Below, piece by piece: positions 21,402 to 30,572 of a stretch of DNA of 64,000 nt. The DNA is from an uncultured bacterium. GTDB lineage: Bacteria > Armatimonadota > Abditibacteriia > Abditibacteriales > Abditibacteriaceae. How positions within the stretch are numbered: position 1 is the first letter of the stretch; each line of letters opens with the position of its first letter. The notes below the pieces were generated by a model. It did not search any database. It was not told the origin of the DNA and saw only the letters and a list, made by a program, of their open reading frames with translations. The position numbers and the translations under genes were made by a program. The stretch covers positions 868,001 through 932,000 of the forward strand of contig CAWJLW010000006.1 in assembly GCA_963843795.1 (NCBI GenBank), written 5' to 3'.

Positions 21402-21435
21402 AAATTTGCCCTGCAAGTACTTGCAGGGCAAATTT
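21402..21435. repeat. 34-bp perfect palindrome centred on GCAAGTACTTGC
   Basis: AAATTTGCCCTGCAAGT|ACTTGCAGGGCAAATTT between the fabG-like and fabF-like genes. Confidence 0.9.
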
Positions 21436-21514
21436 GGCGGCAGTCGTATAAAACGAGTTGAGATGGAGTGTATTGGTCAACGAGCACGCAGAACGAAAAT
21501 ACAACAAGAACACA

Positions 21515-22687
21515 ATGGTCGCGATAACCGGATATTACGCGGCGTGGCGCGTTGGCACCGGCTGGCGTGAAATTCGGTCGTCGCCGTGGTCGCACACGCC
21601 CGATGTGCTGCGCCTGTGCTGCGACGCGGCGCGCGGCGAAAAACGCTCTGACGATGGCGTCGAAACTTTGCCTGCCAAGAATTATCGCGCGCAACCCGAC
21701 GTTTTGCGTTCGCGCGTGCGCGATGAGTTAGGCGGCGTCGGTTTGTGGGATCGTCACGGGCGGCGTTTGAAAACCGATCCGGAAAGCGTTGGCATTGTGA
21801 TGTCGTCGTCCAAAGGTTTTTGGCCTCAGCGCTTACAGGAACCGTTTTTCGATGTCGTCGATTGGCTGTGCTGCGATGGCGCGGCGCGCAGCGTGGCGCG
21901 CTGGCTGGGCACGCAAGGCCCGGTTTTGTCGCCGGTTGCCGCGTGCGCGACCGGCGCACATTCCATCGCTCTGGGCGCGAACTGGATCGAAGATGGGCGT
22001 TGCGATGTCGTGATTGCCGGTGCCGTAGAACGGCCCATCGAGCCGCTGATTCAAGCTGGCTATCAACAGTTAGGCGCGGTCAGTCACGATGTGATGCGTC
22101 CATTCGATAAGGCGCGCGATGGTTTCGTCCCTAATACGGGAATGGGGTTTTTGGTGCTGGAAAACGCCGAAAAAGCGCGTGCGCGTGGCGTCGGAACGCA
22201 CGCTTATCTCAGCGGCCACGCGTTGTGCAGCGATAATGGCGATGCTTTGAATATGGAAAATGATGGCGCGTCGATTGTGCGCGCCATCGAAAGCGCCTTG
22301 AAGCGCGCGCAAGTACTTGCAGAAACTGTTGATTATGTGAACGTTCATGGTACGGCGACTCAGCATAACGACCAAATCGAAGCGCGCGCTTTGCGCACGG
22401 TATTTGGCTTTGATGCGAAAAAGTCGCCGGCAAGTACTTGCAAGGCTTCTGCGACCAAACCGCTGACCGGACATTTACTGGGTGCTTCGGGCGCTGTGGA
22501 AGCAGTTTTATGTGTGCAGGCGTTGCGCGAAGGTTTCGTGCCGCCGACACTGAACCTGCACGATTTGGACGAAGACTGCGCCTTTAATTGGACGACGGGA
22601 ACGGGCGAACCTTGCGACATCGAGCGCGCTTTGTCGCTGAGCTACGGTTTCGGCGGCCATGTCGCGGCGCTGTTATTTGAAAAATAA
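21515..22687 (+). CDS. Beta-ketoacyl-ACP synthase, FabF-like with divergent N-terminus
   Basis: Cys-His-His triad (AACATG, VHGTAT, GHLLGA), RPFDKARDGF, SYGFGG. Start uncertain. Confidence 0.88.
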   Translation: MVAITGYYAAWRVGTGWREIRSSPWSHTPDVLRLCCDAARGEKRSDDGVETLPAKNYRAQPDVLRSRVRDELGGVGLWDRHGRRLKTDPESVGIVMSSSKGFWPQRLQEPFFDVVDWLCCDGAARSVARWLGTQGPVLSPVAACATGAHSIALGANWIEDGRCDVVIAGAVERPIEPLIQAGYQQLGAVSHDVMRPFDKARDGFVPNTGMGFLVLENAEKARARGVGTHAYLSGHALCSDNGDALNMENDGASIVRAIESALKRAQVLAETVDYVNVHGTATQHNDQIEARALRTVFGFDAKKSPASTCKASATKPLTGHLLGASGAVEAVLCVQALREGFVPPTLNLHDLDEDCAFNWTTGTGEPCDIERALSLSYGFGGHVAALLFEK

Positions 22688-22704
22688 GAATCACAAAGGA
22701 ATTT

Positions 22705-23673
22705 ATGAACATTGCGATTTTAGGAGCCGGGGGTTTGGGCAAAGCCGCCGCGCAAATCATTGAACAAAAGCAGGACATGACTTTGGTGGCTATCGCCGAT
22801 GCCGGTGGCCTGGCGCACGATGCAAACGGTTTAGACGCGCAGGCGATTGCCACAGTGAAAGTCGGCGGCAGCGTTTCAGAGTTGGCTCAAGGCCGCGAAA
22901 GCGAAGATTCGATTGGCGAAATCATCGAAATGGGCGGCATAGATGGCGTTTTCATCGCTCTTCCCAATCTTCCCAATAATTTCATTCCGGGCATTACCCA
23001 GCGATTTTTGCAGGGCGGCTTTCAAGGCTGTTTCGTTGACGCCTTGAAGCGCACGCGCGCTATGGAAATGATGTTCGATTTGGACGATGATGTGCGCGCG
23101 GCAGGTTGCGTTTATCTGACCGGTTGCGGCGCGACGCCGGGACTTTTGACCGCAGCCGCAGCGCTCGCGGCGCAAAGTTTCGCTAAAGTCGAGAGCGTCG
23201 ATATTTGGTGGGGCGTGGGCATCGAGCGCTGGGACGATTACAAAGCGACCATCCGCGAAGACATCGCGCATCTGCCCGATTACGATGTTGAACGCGCCAA
23301 ATTGTTGACCGATGCAGAAGTCGAAGAATTGTTGAATCTCACCGATGGCAAGCTCATTTTGCACGATATGGAGCATGCCGATGACGTGATGTTGGAGCGC
23401 GCGGGCGTGGTTTCGCGCGACCGCGTTCACGTCGGCGGCGTGATGGACACGCGCAGCGCACAGAAGCCGAATTCGACCACAATGACGCTGACCGGCATAA
23501 CTTTCGACGGCAAACAATCGCAGCATCGCTTTATTCTGGGCGACGAAACTTCGATGGCGGCGAACGTGTGCGGCACTGCGCTTGGTTATCTGCGGCGCGC
23601 GCACTGGCTGCGCGAACGCGGCGTGTGCGGAGTGTTCGGCTCGGCGGAAATGATGCCGATGGTCGTCAATTGA
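22705..23673 (+). CDS. bioU: BioU-family protein (NAD(P)-dependent BioA substitute in biotin synthesis)
   Basis: Rossmann GAGGLG, LPNLPN, DALKRT (K115), TGCGATPGLLT, ATIREDIAHL, MEHADD (H224), LGDETSMAANVCG. Clustered with bioF and bioD. Confidence 0.8.
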   Translation: MNIAILGAGGLGKAAAQIIEQKQDMTLVAIADAGGLAHDANGLDAQAIATVKVGGSVSELAQGRESEDSIGEIIEMGGIDGVFIALPNLPNNFIPGITQRFLQGGFQGCFVDALKRTRAMEMMFDLDDDVRAAGCVYLTGCGATPGLLTAAAALAAQSFAKVESVDIWWGVGIERWDDYKATIREDIAHLPDYDVERAKLLTDAEVEELLNLTDGKLILHDMEHADDVMLERAGVVSRDRVHVGGVMDTRSAQKPNSTTMTLTGITFDGKQSQHRFILGDETSMAANVCGTALGYLRRAHWLRERGVCGVFGSAEMMPMVVN

Positions 23674-24401
23674 TTGAGCGTAAATTAACGCGTGCAGTTT
23701 TAGAACAATTGCCTCAGCGCTCTTTGCATCGCGCGCGCAACGCCACCAAAGCCGATGTTTACGCAGTCGCTTGGCCTCACGAAAAACATCCGGTTGTCGT
23801 GAAAGATATGCGGCGCTGCGCACTGTGGTTTCGCGTGCTGGCCGGACGCGCGTTTTTAAGGCGCGAAATGAGTGCGCTGCGTCTTTTGGCCGATTTGGCA
23901 AGCGTGCCGGATTTGGAAAGCCGCATTGATGCGGATGCCTTCGCGATGCAGTGGCACAATGGCGAAAAGTTGAGCGAGTGCGATTCCGCGCGCATCACAC
24001 CGCAAGTTCTGGACGAAATCGCGGCTTTGCTGGGCGAAGTTCACGCGCGCGGCGTGACGCACGGCGATTTGCACGCGCACAATATCTTGCTGGACTCAAG
24101 CGGCCAATTGTGTTTAATCGATTGGGCGACGGCGTGCGTTTTCGGCAACCGACGCACGCGGGTAAAGAATTGGACGTTTGAAGAATGGCGCGCTTTGGAC
24201 GAGCGCGCGCTGGCCAAACTGCGCGCCTTGCACGCGCCGCAAACTTTGAACGAGCGCGAGCGCGATTTGTTGGTCAATGGCGGTTCGCGCGCATATCGCG
24301 CGGTGAAAGCCAGTCGGCGGCGTTTGGATAAATTACGCGGCAAGAAAAGCGGCAAACGTGCTCAGATTTTGCAAAAATATGGCGCGAAAAAAGACGAATG
24401 A
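23670..24401 (+). CDS. RIO/Kdo-like kinase-fold protein
   Basis: VVVKD, HGDLHAHNIL, LIDW. TTG start overlaps the bioU stop (TTGA). Confidence 0.8.
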   Translation: MIERKLTRAVLEQLPQRSLHRARNATKADVYAVAWPHEKHPVVVKDMRRCALWFRVLAGRAFLRREMSALRLLADLASVPDLESRIDADAFAMQWHNGEKLSECDSARITPQVLDEIAALLGEVHARGVTHGDLHAHNILLDSSGQLCLIDWATACVFGNRRTRVKNWTFEEWRALDERALAKLRALHAPQTLNERERDLLVNGGSRAYRAVKASRRRLDKLRGKKSGKRAQILQKYGAKKDE

Positions 24402-24486
24402 AGGCTGCAGGCACTTGCAACCTTCCCTAATTATGCTTTAGATGTGCAGCAAGTACTTGCTGTGCCAGATTCAGGAGTTTTATTTC

Positions 24487-25125
24487 ATGGCCGCACCCAA
24501 TTCCACACCGGCGCGCACCGGCTTTTTCTACAAGCCGATGCAGGAAAAAATCAAATTGATTTTGTTGTTTGCGCTTATTGGCGCGCTGGTTTATTTTTCG
24601 GCCCCGACGCGCCTTTCGTTCGCCATCGGACTGGTTTTAGTGGCGGCGGGAACTTTGATTCGCGTGTGGGCGGCGGGCCACCTGCGGCGCGACCAGAACC
24701 TCACCACATCCGGGCCTTACGCGCATTCACGCAATCCGTTTTATCTGGGGCGTTTATTGCTGTTGCTGGGTTTCGCTGTGATGTCGGGTTTGGGCGCTGA
24801 TTTGAGCCAAACGCGTAATATCATTTTATGGGCAATTGTTCTGGTTGCGCTGGTGTTCTTTTTTGTCTTTTACATGCCGCGCAAAGAAATTCGCGAGGGC
24901 GGGCGGTTAGCGCAATTGTTTGGGCCGGATTATGAGCAGTGGAAAGCCAATGTGCCGCAACTTTTTCCGCGCCTCACGCCTTACAAAATGAATCCGCGCC
25001 CGTGGAGTCGCGACCTGTTTATGGGCGGCGACGATCAATTTTCCGGCAATAAAGAATTGTGGACAACGCTTGCTATCATCGTTTTAGTCATCGCTTTCGC
25101 CTTGCGCATGGAGATTCCTCAGTGA
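24487..25125 (+). CDS. Isoprenylcysteine carboxyl methyltransferase/PEMT family membrane protein
   Basis: LTTSGPYAHSRNPFYLG, LFGPDYEQWKANVP. GGAG RBS before ATG 24487. Confidence 0.85.
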   Translation: MAAPNSTPARTGFFYKPMQEKIKLILLFALIGALVYFSAPTRLSFAIGLVLVAAGTLIRVWAAGHLRRDQNLTTSGPYAHSRNPFYLGRLLLLLGFAVMSGLGADLSQTRNIILWAIVLVALVFFFVFYMPRKEIREGGRLAQLFGPDYEQWKANVPQLFPRLTPYKMNPRPWSRDLFMGGDDQFSGNKELWTTLAIIVLVIAFALRMEIPQ

Positions 25126-25955
25126 ACCAACCGATTCCAGAACATCACACTTTAGAAGAAGCCATTGAACATCCCATTGATGCTGTTGAAGGCGCGATGC
25201 CGCCCGGCACTGTCGAGGATGAACCCGCTAAAAACACCGGTTTCGTGCGCCCAATTATCAACGATTATGGAGAGCCGGTCGAACTGCTGGTGAAAATTCC
25301 CATCGAAGACAACGGCGAACCTTTGGTCGATGTTTTCGAAGTGTGCCCGGAACTCAGTTGGGCGGGAGTCAACCCAAAGCGCGATTTTCCGCGTTGTGGT
25401 TTGGGCCGAAAAACGCTGGCCGAGCAGTTGGCGCGCGCGCAAAGTTACTTGCCGGAAGGTTTGCGTTTGCAAATCATTGGCGTTTTTCGTTCGTTTGCTG
25501 TGCAAAAAGAAATGTATGAACGCGCGCGCCGCGAACTGGCCGAAAAACATCCCGATTGGGACGAAGAGCTTCTCACCGAATACATCAACGTGTTTTCCGC
25601 GCCGCCGATCACCGAAACTCCACCACCGCACACGACTGGAGGCGCGGTCGATTTATCGATTATCGATAGCAACGGCGAACGTTTGGATATGACTTCGCCC
25701 TTTGAAATGGGTTGGGATTCAGCGCCGATGGATGTTGAAGGCTTAAGCGAAACCGCGCGTCGCAATCGCGATTTATTGGCTTCGGTTTTGACGCGTGCCG
25801 GCTTGACTAACTTTCCCGGCGAATGGTGGCATTGGAGCTACGGCGAACCCGGCTGGGCGTTGCGCGGAGGTCATCCGGTCGCGCTTTACGGGCAAATTCC
25901 CGACGACAAAGTTCCCGATTGGCAGCCTCCCGCCGAAGTTTCACAATCGCTGTAA
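25122..25955 (+). CDS. D-Ala-D-Ala dipeptidase (peptidase M15D, VanX/DdpX-like)
   Basis: PPHTTGGAVD and EWWHWSYG. GTGA overlap with the upstream gene. Confidence 0.88.
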   Translation: MNQPIPEHHTLEEAIEHPIDAVEGAMPPGTVEDEPAKNTGFVRPIINDYGEPVELLVKIPIEDNGEPLVDVFEVCPELSWAGVNPKRDFPRCGLGRKTLAEQLARAQSYLPEGLRLQIIGVFRSFAVQKEMYERARRELAEKHPDWDEELLTEYINVFSAPPITETPPPHTTGGAVDLSIIDSNGERLDMTSPFEMGWDSAPMDVEGLSETARRNRDLLASVLTRAGLTNFPGEWWHWSYGEPGWALRGGHPVALYGQIPDDKVPDWQPPAEVSQSL

Positions 25956-25976
25956 ACTTGCAAAACTCCGCGCGCG

Positions 25977-27134
25977 ATGAATTTTCTCGACCATCAATTG
26001 TTTGAACAATTGGAAACGCGGCGCGAAAATCATCTCGCGCGCCGCTTACGCGCGCTGCCCGACGATGCAATTGATTTGGGCAGCAACGATTATCTGGGTT
26101 TGTCGCGCCATCCGGCTGTCATTGAAGCGGTGCGCATCGCTGTTGAAGATTACGGAGCGGGCGCGCGCGCATCGCGCTTGCTGGGCGGCGACTGCGCACT
26201 GCACACGCAGTTAGAGCAAGTACTCGCCGCGTGGAAATCTCACCCGAATTCTCCTCCACTTGGCGCGCTTTTGTTTTCCTCTGGATACGCCGTCAACGTG
26301 GGCGTTATCACAGCTCTCGCACGTCGTGGCGATGCGATTTTGTGCGACAAGCGCAATCACGCTTCTCTCATCGACGCTTGTCGTTTGGCCGAAAATTCGG
26401 GTGCACTCGTGCGTTTTTATGGTTCAACACTAAAACTCAGTGCGTTGCTGCGGAGCGTGAATTCTCAACGCCGGTTGATTGTTTCTGATACGGTTTATTC
26501 GATGGACGGCGATATCGCCGATGTGCCGCAATTGTTGGGTCTCGCGTATCAAAACGAAGCGATTTTGGTGCTGGATGATGCGCACGGCAGTGGCACTTTG
26601 GGCGCGAGCGGGCAGGGCGCTTTACATCATTTTTACCCGAAAAATTTGCCTGATAAAATGCCGCCGCTTGTGCAAATTGGAACGCTAAGCAAAGCGCTGG
26701 GCGCGCAAGGCGGCTTCGTCGTCGCGTCGCCAATTGTTATTGAGTGGTTGATAAACGCGGCGCGCAGCTTCATTTACAGCACCGGTTTGTCGCCTGCTTC
26801 GTGCGGAGCCGCTTTGCGCGCGTTGCAAGTACTTGCATGCAGCGCGCAGCCTTTGCAACGTCTGCGCTGTAATACCGAAAAGTTGCAATCTGGTTTGCGC
26901 GCATTGGGCTTTGATGTGCCGCAGAATATCACGCCAATTCTGCCGATTTTGGCGCAAACCGAAAATCGCGCTCTGCAATGGAGCGAAAAATTGTTGGCGC
27001 AGAATGTGTGGTGTCCCGCCGTGCGTCCGCCGACTGTGGCGCGCGGCACAAGTCGTTTGCGTTTAACAGTGCACAGCGATCTTTCCGATTCAGAAATTGA
27101 ACGGGCTTTGCGCGCTTTTGCGCGCTTGAAATAA
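25977..27134 (+). CDS. bioF: 8-amino-7-oxononanoate synthase
   Basis: SNDYLGL, NHASLIDA, YSMDGD, DDAHG, GTLSKALG, RPPTV. Confidence 0.93.
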   Translation: MNFLDHQLFEQLETRRENHLARRLRALPDDAIDLGSNDYLGLSRHPAVIEAVRIAVEDYGAGARASRLLGGDCALHTQLEQVLAAWKSHPNSPPLGALLFSSGYAVNVGVITALARRGDAILCDKRNHASLIDACRLAENSGALVRFYGSTLKLSALLRSVNSQRRLIVSDTVYSMDGDIADVPQLLGLAYQNEAILVLDDAHGSGTLGASGQGALHHFYPKNLPDKMPPLVQIGTLSKALGAQGGFVVASPIVIEWLINAARSFIYSTGLSPASCGAALRALQVLACSAQPLQRLRCNTEKLQSGLRALGFDVPQNITPILPILAQTENRALQWSEKLLAQNVWCPAVRPPTVARGTSRLRLTVHSDLSDSEIERALRAFARLK

Positions 27135-27160
27135 ATAAAAATCAAGAAGTGAAATCAGAA

Positions 27161-27874
27161 ATGAAATCATTATTTGTGACCGGAACCGATACCGATGTCG
27201 GCAAGACTGTCGCGACCGCGCTGCTGGTGTGTCACCTGCAAAATCGCGGGATTGATGTGGGCGTGATGAAGCCGTTTGCGACGGGTTGCGTGCGCGTGGA
27301 TGGCGAATTGCAGAGCTCCGACGCGATTTTTTTACGGGCGGCGACGGGCGTAAATGACGAGTTGGAACTGATCAATCCGTGTCGCTGGGAAGAACCTTTG
27401 GCGCCCATGGTGGCGGCACGGCGCGCGGGTAACCAAAATTGGGACGCGCTGGGTGCGTGTGAATCGGCATATCGCGAGTTGGCTCAGCGTCACGAATGCG
27501 TGGTAGTGGAGGGCGTCGGTGGTTGGCTGGTCCCATTGCAAGAGAAGCGTGTAGCAAGTACTTGCAGCGTGTTATCAAACGCCGACCTAGCACTGCGCTT
27601 GAATCTGGAATGCGTGATCGTCGCGCGGCGCGCTTTGGGCACGATCAATCATACGCTGTTGACTTGTGGGGCTGCGGTGAAAAACGCGCCCTTTCGGGGT
27701 TTGATTTTTTGCGACGCGCTGCCGATTGAAGAAGATGCTGCCACGCAAAGCAGCCCGCAAATCATCAGCGAAATCAGCGACTTGCCAATTTGGGCGCAAA
27801 TTCCGTATCGCGCGAATTTAGCGCCGGAAATGATGCGCGATTGGGCGCGTGCAATCGGCTGGCGCGGGCCGTAA
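27161..27874 (+). CDS. bioD: Dethiobiotin synthetase
   Basis: FVTGTDTDVGKT, KPFATG, VVEGVGGWLVPL, LGTINHTLLT. Confidence 0.95.
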   Translation: MKSLFVTGTDTDVGKTVATALLVCHLQNRGIDVGVMKPFATGCVRVDGELQSSDAIFLRAATGVNDELELINPCRWEEPLAPMVAARRAGNQNWDALGACESAYRELAQRHECVVVEGVGGWLVPLQEKRVASTCSVLSNADLALRLNLECVIVARRALGTINHTLLTCGAAVKNAPFRGLIFCDALPIEEDAATQSSPQIISEISDLPIWAQIPYRANLAPEMMRDWARAIGWRGP

Positions 27875-27974
27875 AAGTGCGTGGCAAGTACTTGCCACAT
27901 ATTTTGGAGCGTATCCGCGCGCGCAACGCGCTACACTGCGCAGCGGTTAACTTTTCAAGTGAAATTGAGAAAAT

Positions 27975-28631
27975 ATGAGATTGGCGCAGCGAACTTATCT
28001 TTTTTGTCTTCTGAGCGGCGTGATTTTGAGCAGTTCTGTTTTGAGCGGCTGTCGTCGTTCGACCGCGCCGCCTAACCTGCCCGCGATCACGCCACCACCG
28101 CCGCGCGACGATTTTCGGCCCGCGCGTCCTAAAGCCACGCCACGAACTTCGACAACTAATCCGAGCGGTTTCAACATGAACGCGCCGCAGTTACCCGACC
28201 CCAAAATTACGCCGGGCGACGTTCTAGAAGTGGGGGTGCGCGACATCGCGGTGCCGGGCTACTCGAAAAAAGTGCGCAACGTGACGGCTTCGACCAAGAA
28301 AAAAGCGTATGCAAATTACGGTATCGCAAGCCGTATGAAGGGCGAATACGAGGTCGATCACTTGATTTCTCTACAACTAGGCGGCAGTAATTCAATTCGC
28401 AATTTGTGGCCGCAATCGTATCAAACCCAGCCGTGGAACGCTTACATCAAAGACGCGCTGGAAAACGAATTGCACGCGCAGGTCGTCGATGGACGCATGG
28501 ACTTAGAAACCGCGCAACGCATGATTGCTACCAACTGGATCGCGGCCTATCAGAAAGTTTTCAAGACAAAATTGCCGCTCGCCAAACATCTACGCGACGA
28601 ATCCGGTCGTCGTTTAGTCAATGACGGTTAA
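27975..28631 (+). CDS. Lipoprotein with HNH-like nuclease motif
   Basis: Lipobox LSGC, Pro-rich linker, YEVDHLISLQLGGSNSIRNLWPQ. Confidence 0.7.
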   Translation: MRLAQRTYLFCLLSGVILSSSVLSGCRRSTAPPNLPAITPPPPRDDFRPARPKATPRTSTTNPSGFNMNAPQLPDPKITPGDVLEVGVRDIAVPGYSKKVRNVTASTKKKAYANYGIASRMKGEYEVDHLISLQLGGSNSIRNLWPQSYQTQPWNAYIKDALENELHAQVVDGRMDLETAQRMIATNWIAAYQKVFKTKLPLAKHLRDESGRRLVNDG

Positions 28632-29088
28632 AGACGAAATCATGGCTCCCAATCACAAACTCACCCATCTTATCCAAGGTCGCTCTGTTGTCACAACCGA
28701 GCACGCACCGGGGAAAACCATCGTTTCTTTCGATGATGGCTCGACAATGCGCATCAAAACTCCCGATGCCGCCAACGATTCGCAAACTGCCCCCTTTCAA
28801 GCGCCTGCTCCCGCGATGCAATCCGAATCGTGGCTCGATAAATTGACTCATGTTTTTTCGCACGAAACTGCAAACGAAGTTGCCACCGGGCAAACTAAAA
28901 GCAAGCCCGAAACCGCAGCCGAAATGCAAGATATGGCGAAAAAAGCGGCGGTGAAAGACGTGATGCAGAATGACACGACGTTGGTATTGCGCTTTGAAGA
29001 TGGCACTCAAACTGAAATCGCGCTGGCCGAAGCCTCGTCAAGTGTGATGCTGCGCGATAAAGACGAGACGATGGAATACGCGGATTAA
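28621..29088 (+). CDS. Hypothetical protein with an internal duplication
   Basis: TIVSFDDGSTMRI and TLVLRFEDGTQTEI look like two repeats. Overlaps the upstream stop. Confidence 0.6.
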   Translation: MTVKDEIMAPNHKLTHLIQGRSVVTTEHAPGKTIVSFDDGSTMRIKTPDAANDSQTAPFQAPAPAMQSESWLDKLTHVFSHETANEVATGQTKSKPETAAEMQDMAKKAAVKDVMQNDTTLVLRFEDGTQTEIALAEASSSVMLRDKDETMEYAD

Positions 29089-29097
29089 ATCAAAGCC

Positions 29098-29129
29098 AAA
29101 CCGCGCTGCAAGTACTTGCAGCGCGGTTT
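29098..29129. terminator. 32-bp perfect palindrome between convergent genes
   Basis: AAACCGCGCTGCAAGT|ACTTGCAGCGCGGTTT. Confidence 0.8.
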
Positions 29130-29136
29130 TCCCTTT

Positions 29137-30435
29137 TTAGTTGGGCGAGAATTCGACAGCATCGACTTGAATCCATTTGAGTGCGCCGCCAGCGGTGCTG
29201 AATTCGAGCTTGCACTGTCCGCTGGTGACTTTGATGTTGCGAATGGAAATCGGCGTCCAGCTCAGTGTCGCGGGAATAGGAATTTCGCGCCGCTTATCGC
29301 CGTGATCGCTGACAGCCATAGTGGCCACGCTTTGTCCACCGGAACGGCGAATCCACGCGGTAAAAGTGTAAAAGCCGGGTTTGAGATCGCGCACGGTTTG
29401 CTCGACTGTCACTGCGTAAGGTTGAGGCGACCACATCGTCATCACATAATCGCCGCTGCGTGGGTCGGGCATTCCGGGCGGCATTTCCGAGTAAGCGTGC
29501 GTGTTGGAAGCTTTCCACGCGCCCAATTTACCGCCCTCGAAATCGCTATTGGCCGCCAGCGAACTCAGTGGCATTTGGGCTTTGCCCGGCGGTGTGCCCG
29601 GTTTGCCAGCCTGAACTGGTGGCGCGTTCTCGATTTGCGTTTCGGCGTTGGTTGAGCTTGACGAAGCGGCGGCTGGCGCTGCCGGGCGGTGCACAATTTG
29701 TGGTGTTGTTTGTGATGGCGGCGTGCTGCGATTTTTGTCAGTTCCGCTCAGCAGACCGCCGGCCCATGCAGCACCCAGGCCAGCAATAGCCGCCACGCTT
29801 AGCAACGCGCCCACGACCACGCCGCGACCTCCTGCCTTGGCTTGGCGTTTGGGACGCGTTTGAAGCTGATCGAAAGTGATGCCGCCTTTGATTTCAGTAT
29901 GACGATCTTTCATCTTGTCACCTTTTTCCACACTCACTCGCGTTGCCGGCACGACCAGAGGAACGATGATATTCGTCGCTCTAGAAGCGGCTCCGGGTTT
30001 GGTGGTGCCTTCCGGCACCATTTCGAACTCTTGAGAACGCACATTTGGCAAAAAATCGGTTTCTTCGGCGTTGGATCCCTTATTGGGCCAGTCTACGTCG
30101 GTGCGGTGCTTCACTTCTGCCAAAAACGCCTGGTAACTTTGCGCCATTTCATTACCTTCGCGATGAAGTTGCCATTGTTGGTCATAGGCACGCCGCAAGG
30201 TGGAATCGAGAAGGATGCGGCGGCATTGCGGCAAGACGCGTTCGATCAGGGTTTGGTTGGCGAAACGAGTGTTGAGATCGCGGTGATCGCACAGCGCGCT
30301 CGCTTTGGCGTAAGCGGCACTAATGGCGCGCCGCAGCAGTTCGCTATCGGCGTTGAAATCGGCTTCGAGCAACGCATAGAAATCTGGCCAAACGGTGTTG
30401 TTTTCCCAGTTCAAATGTTCGGCCATAGTTTCCAC
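29137..30435 (-). CDS. Membrane protein with degenerate J-like N-terminus, one TM helix and carbohydrate-binding-like C-terminal domain
   Basis: DFYALLE...ILLDSTLRRAYD, then TM GVVVGALLSVAAIAGLGAAW, then NSDFEGG...W...EQTVRDLKPGFYTFTAW...WIQVDAVEF. Confidence 0.65.
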   Translation of the reverse strand: METMAEHLNWENNTVWPDFYALLEADFNADSELLRRAISAAYAKASALCDHRDLNTRFANQTLIERVLPQCRRILLDSTLRRAYDQQWQLHREGNEMAQSYQAFLAEVKHRTDVDWPNKGSNAEETDFLPNVRSQEFEMVPEGTTKPGAASRATNIIVPLVVPATRVSVEKGDKMKDRHTEIKGGITFDQLQTRPKRQAKAGGRGVVVGALLSVAAIAGLGAAWAGGLLSGTDKNRSTPPSQTTPQIVHRPAAPAAASSSSTNAETQIENAPPVQAGKPGTPPGKAQMPLSSLAANSDFEGGKLGAWKASNTHAYSEMPPGMPDPRSGDYVMTMWSPQPYAVTVEQTVRDLKPGFYTFTAWIRRSGGQSVATMAVSDHGDKRREIPIPATLSWTPISIRNIKVTSGQCKLEFSTAGGALKWIQVDAVEFSPN

Positions 30436-30572
30436 TGCTCCTCGAAATTTCGCTGTTAAAAGGGTGCGCTGAGGTTATACCTCATCGCACTCCGAAACTC
30501 ATGCGCTTCGCAAACAGCCCTTGAAATCGAAAACACGCGCGAAGAAAAGGAACGGTGGGAAGAAACAGCAAA

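Noticed and set aside
25122..25955. Vancomycin resistance locus
   Set aside because: Only an M15D dipeptidase is present, with no vanA/vanH/vanRS-like neighbours.
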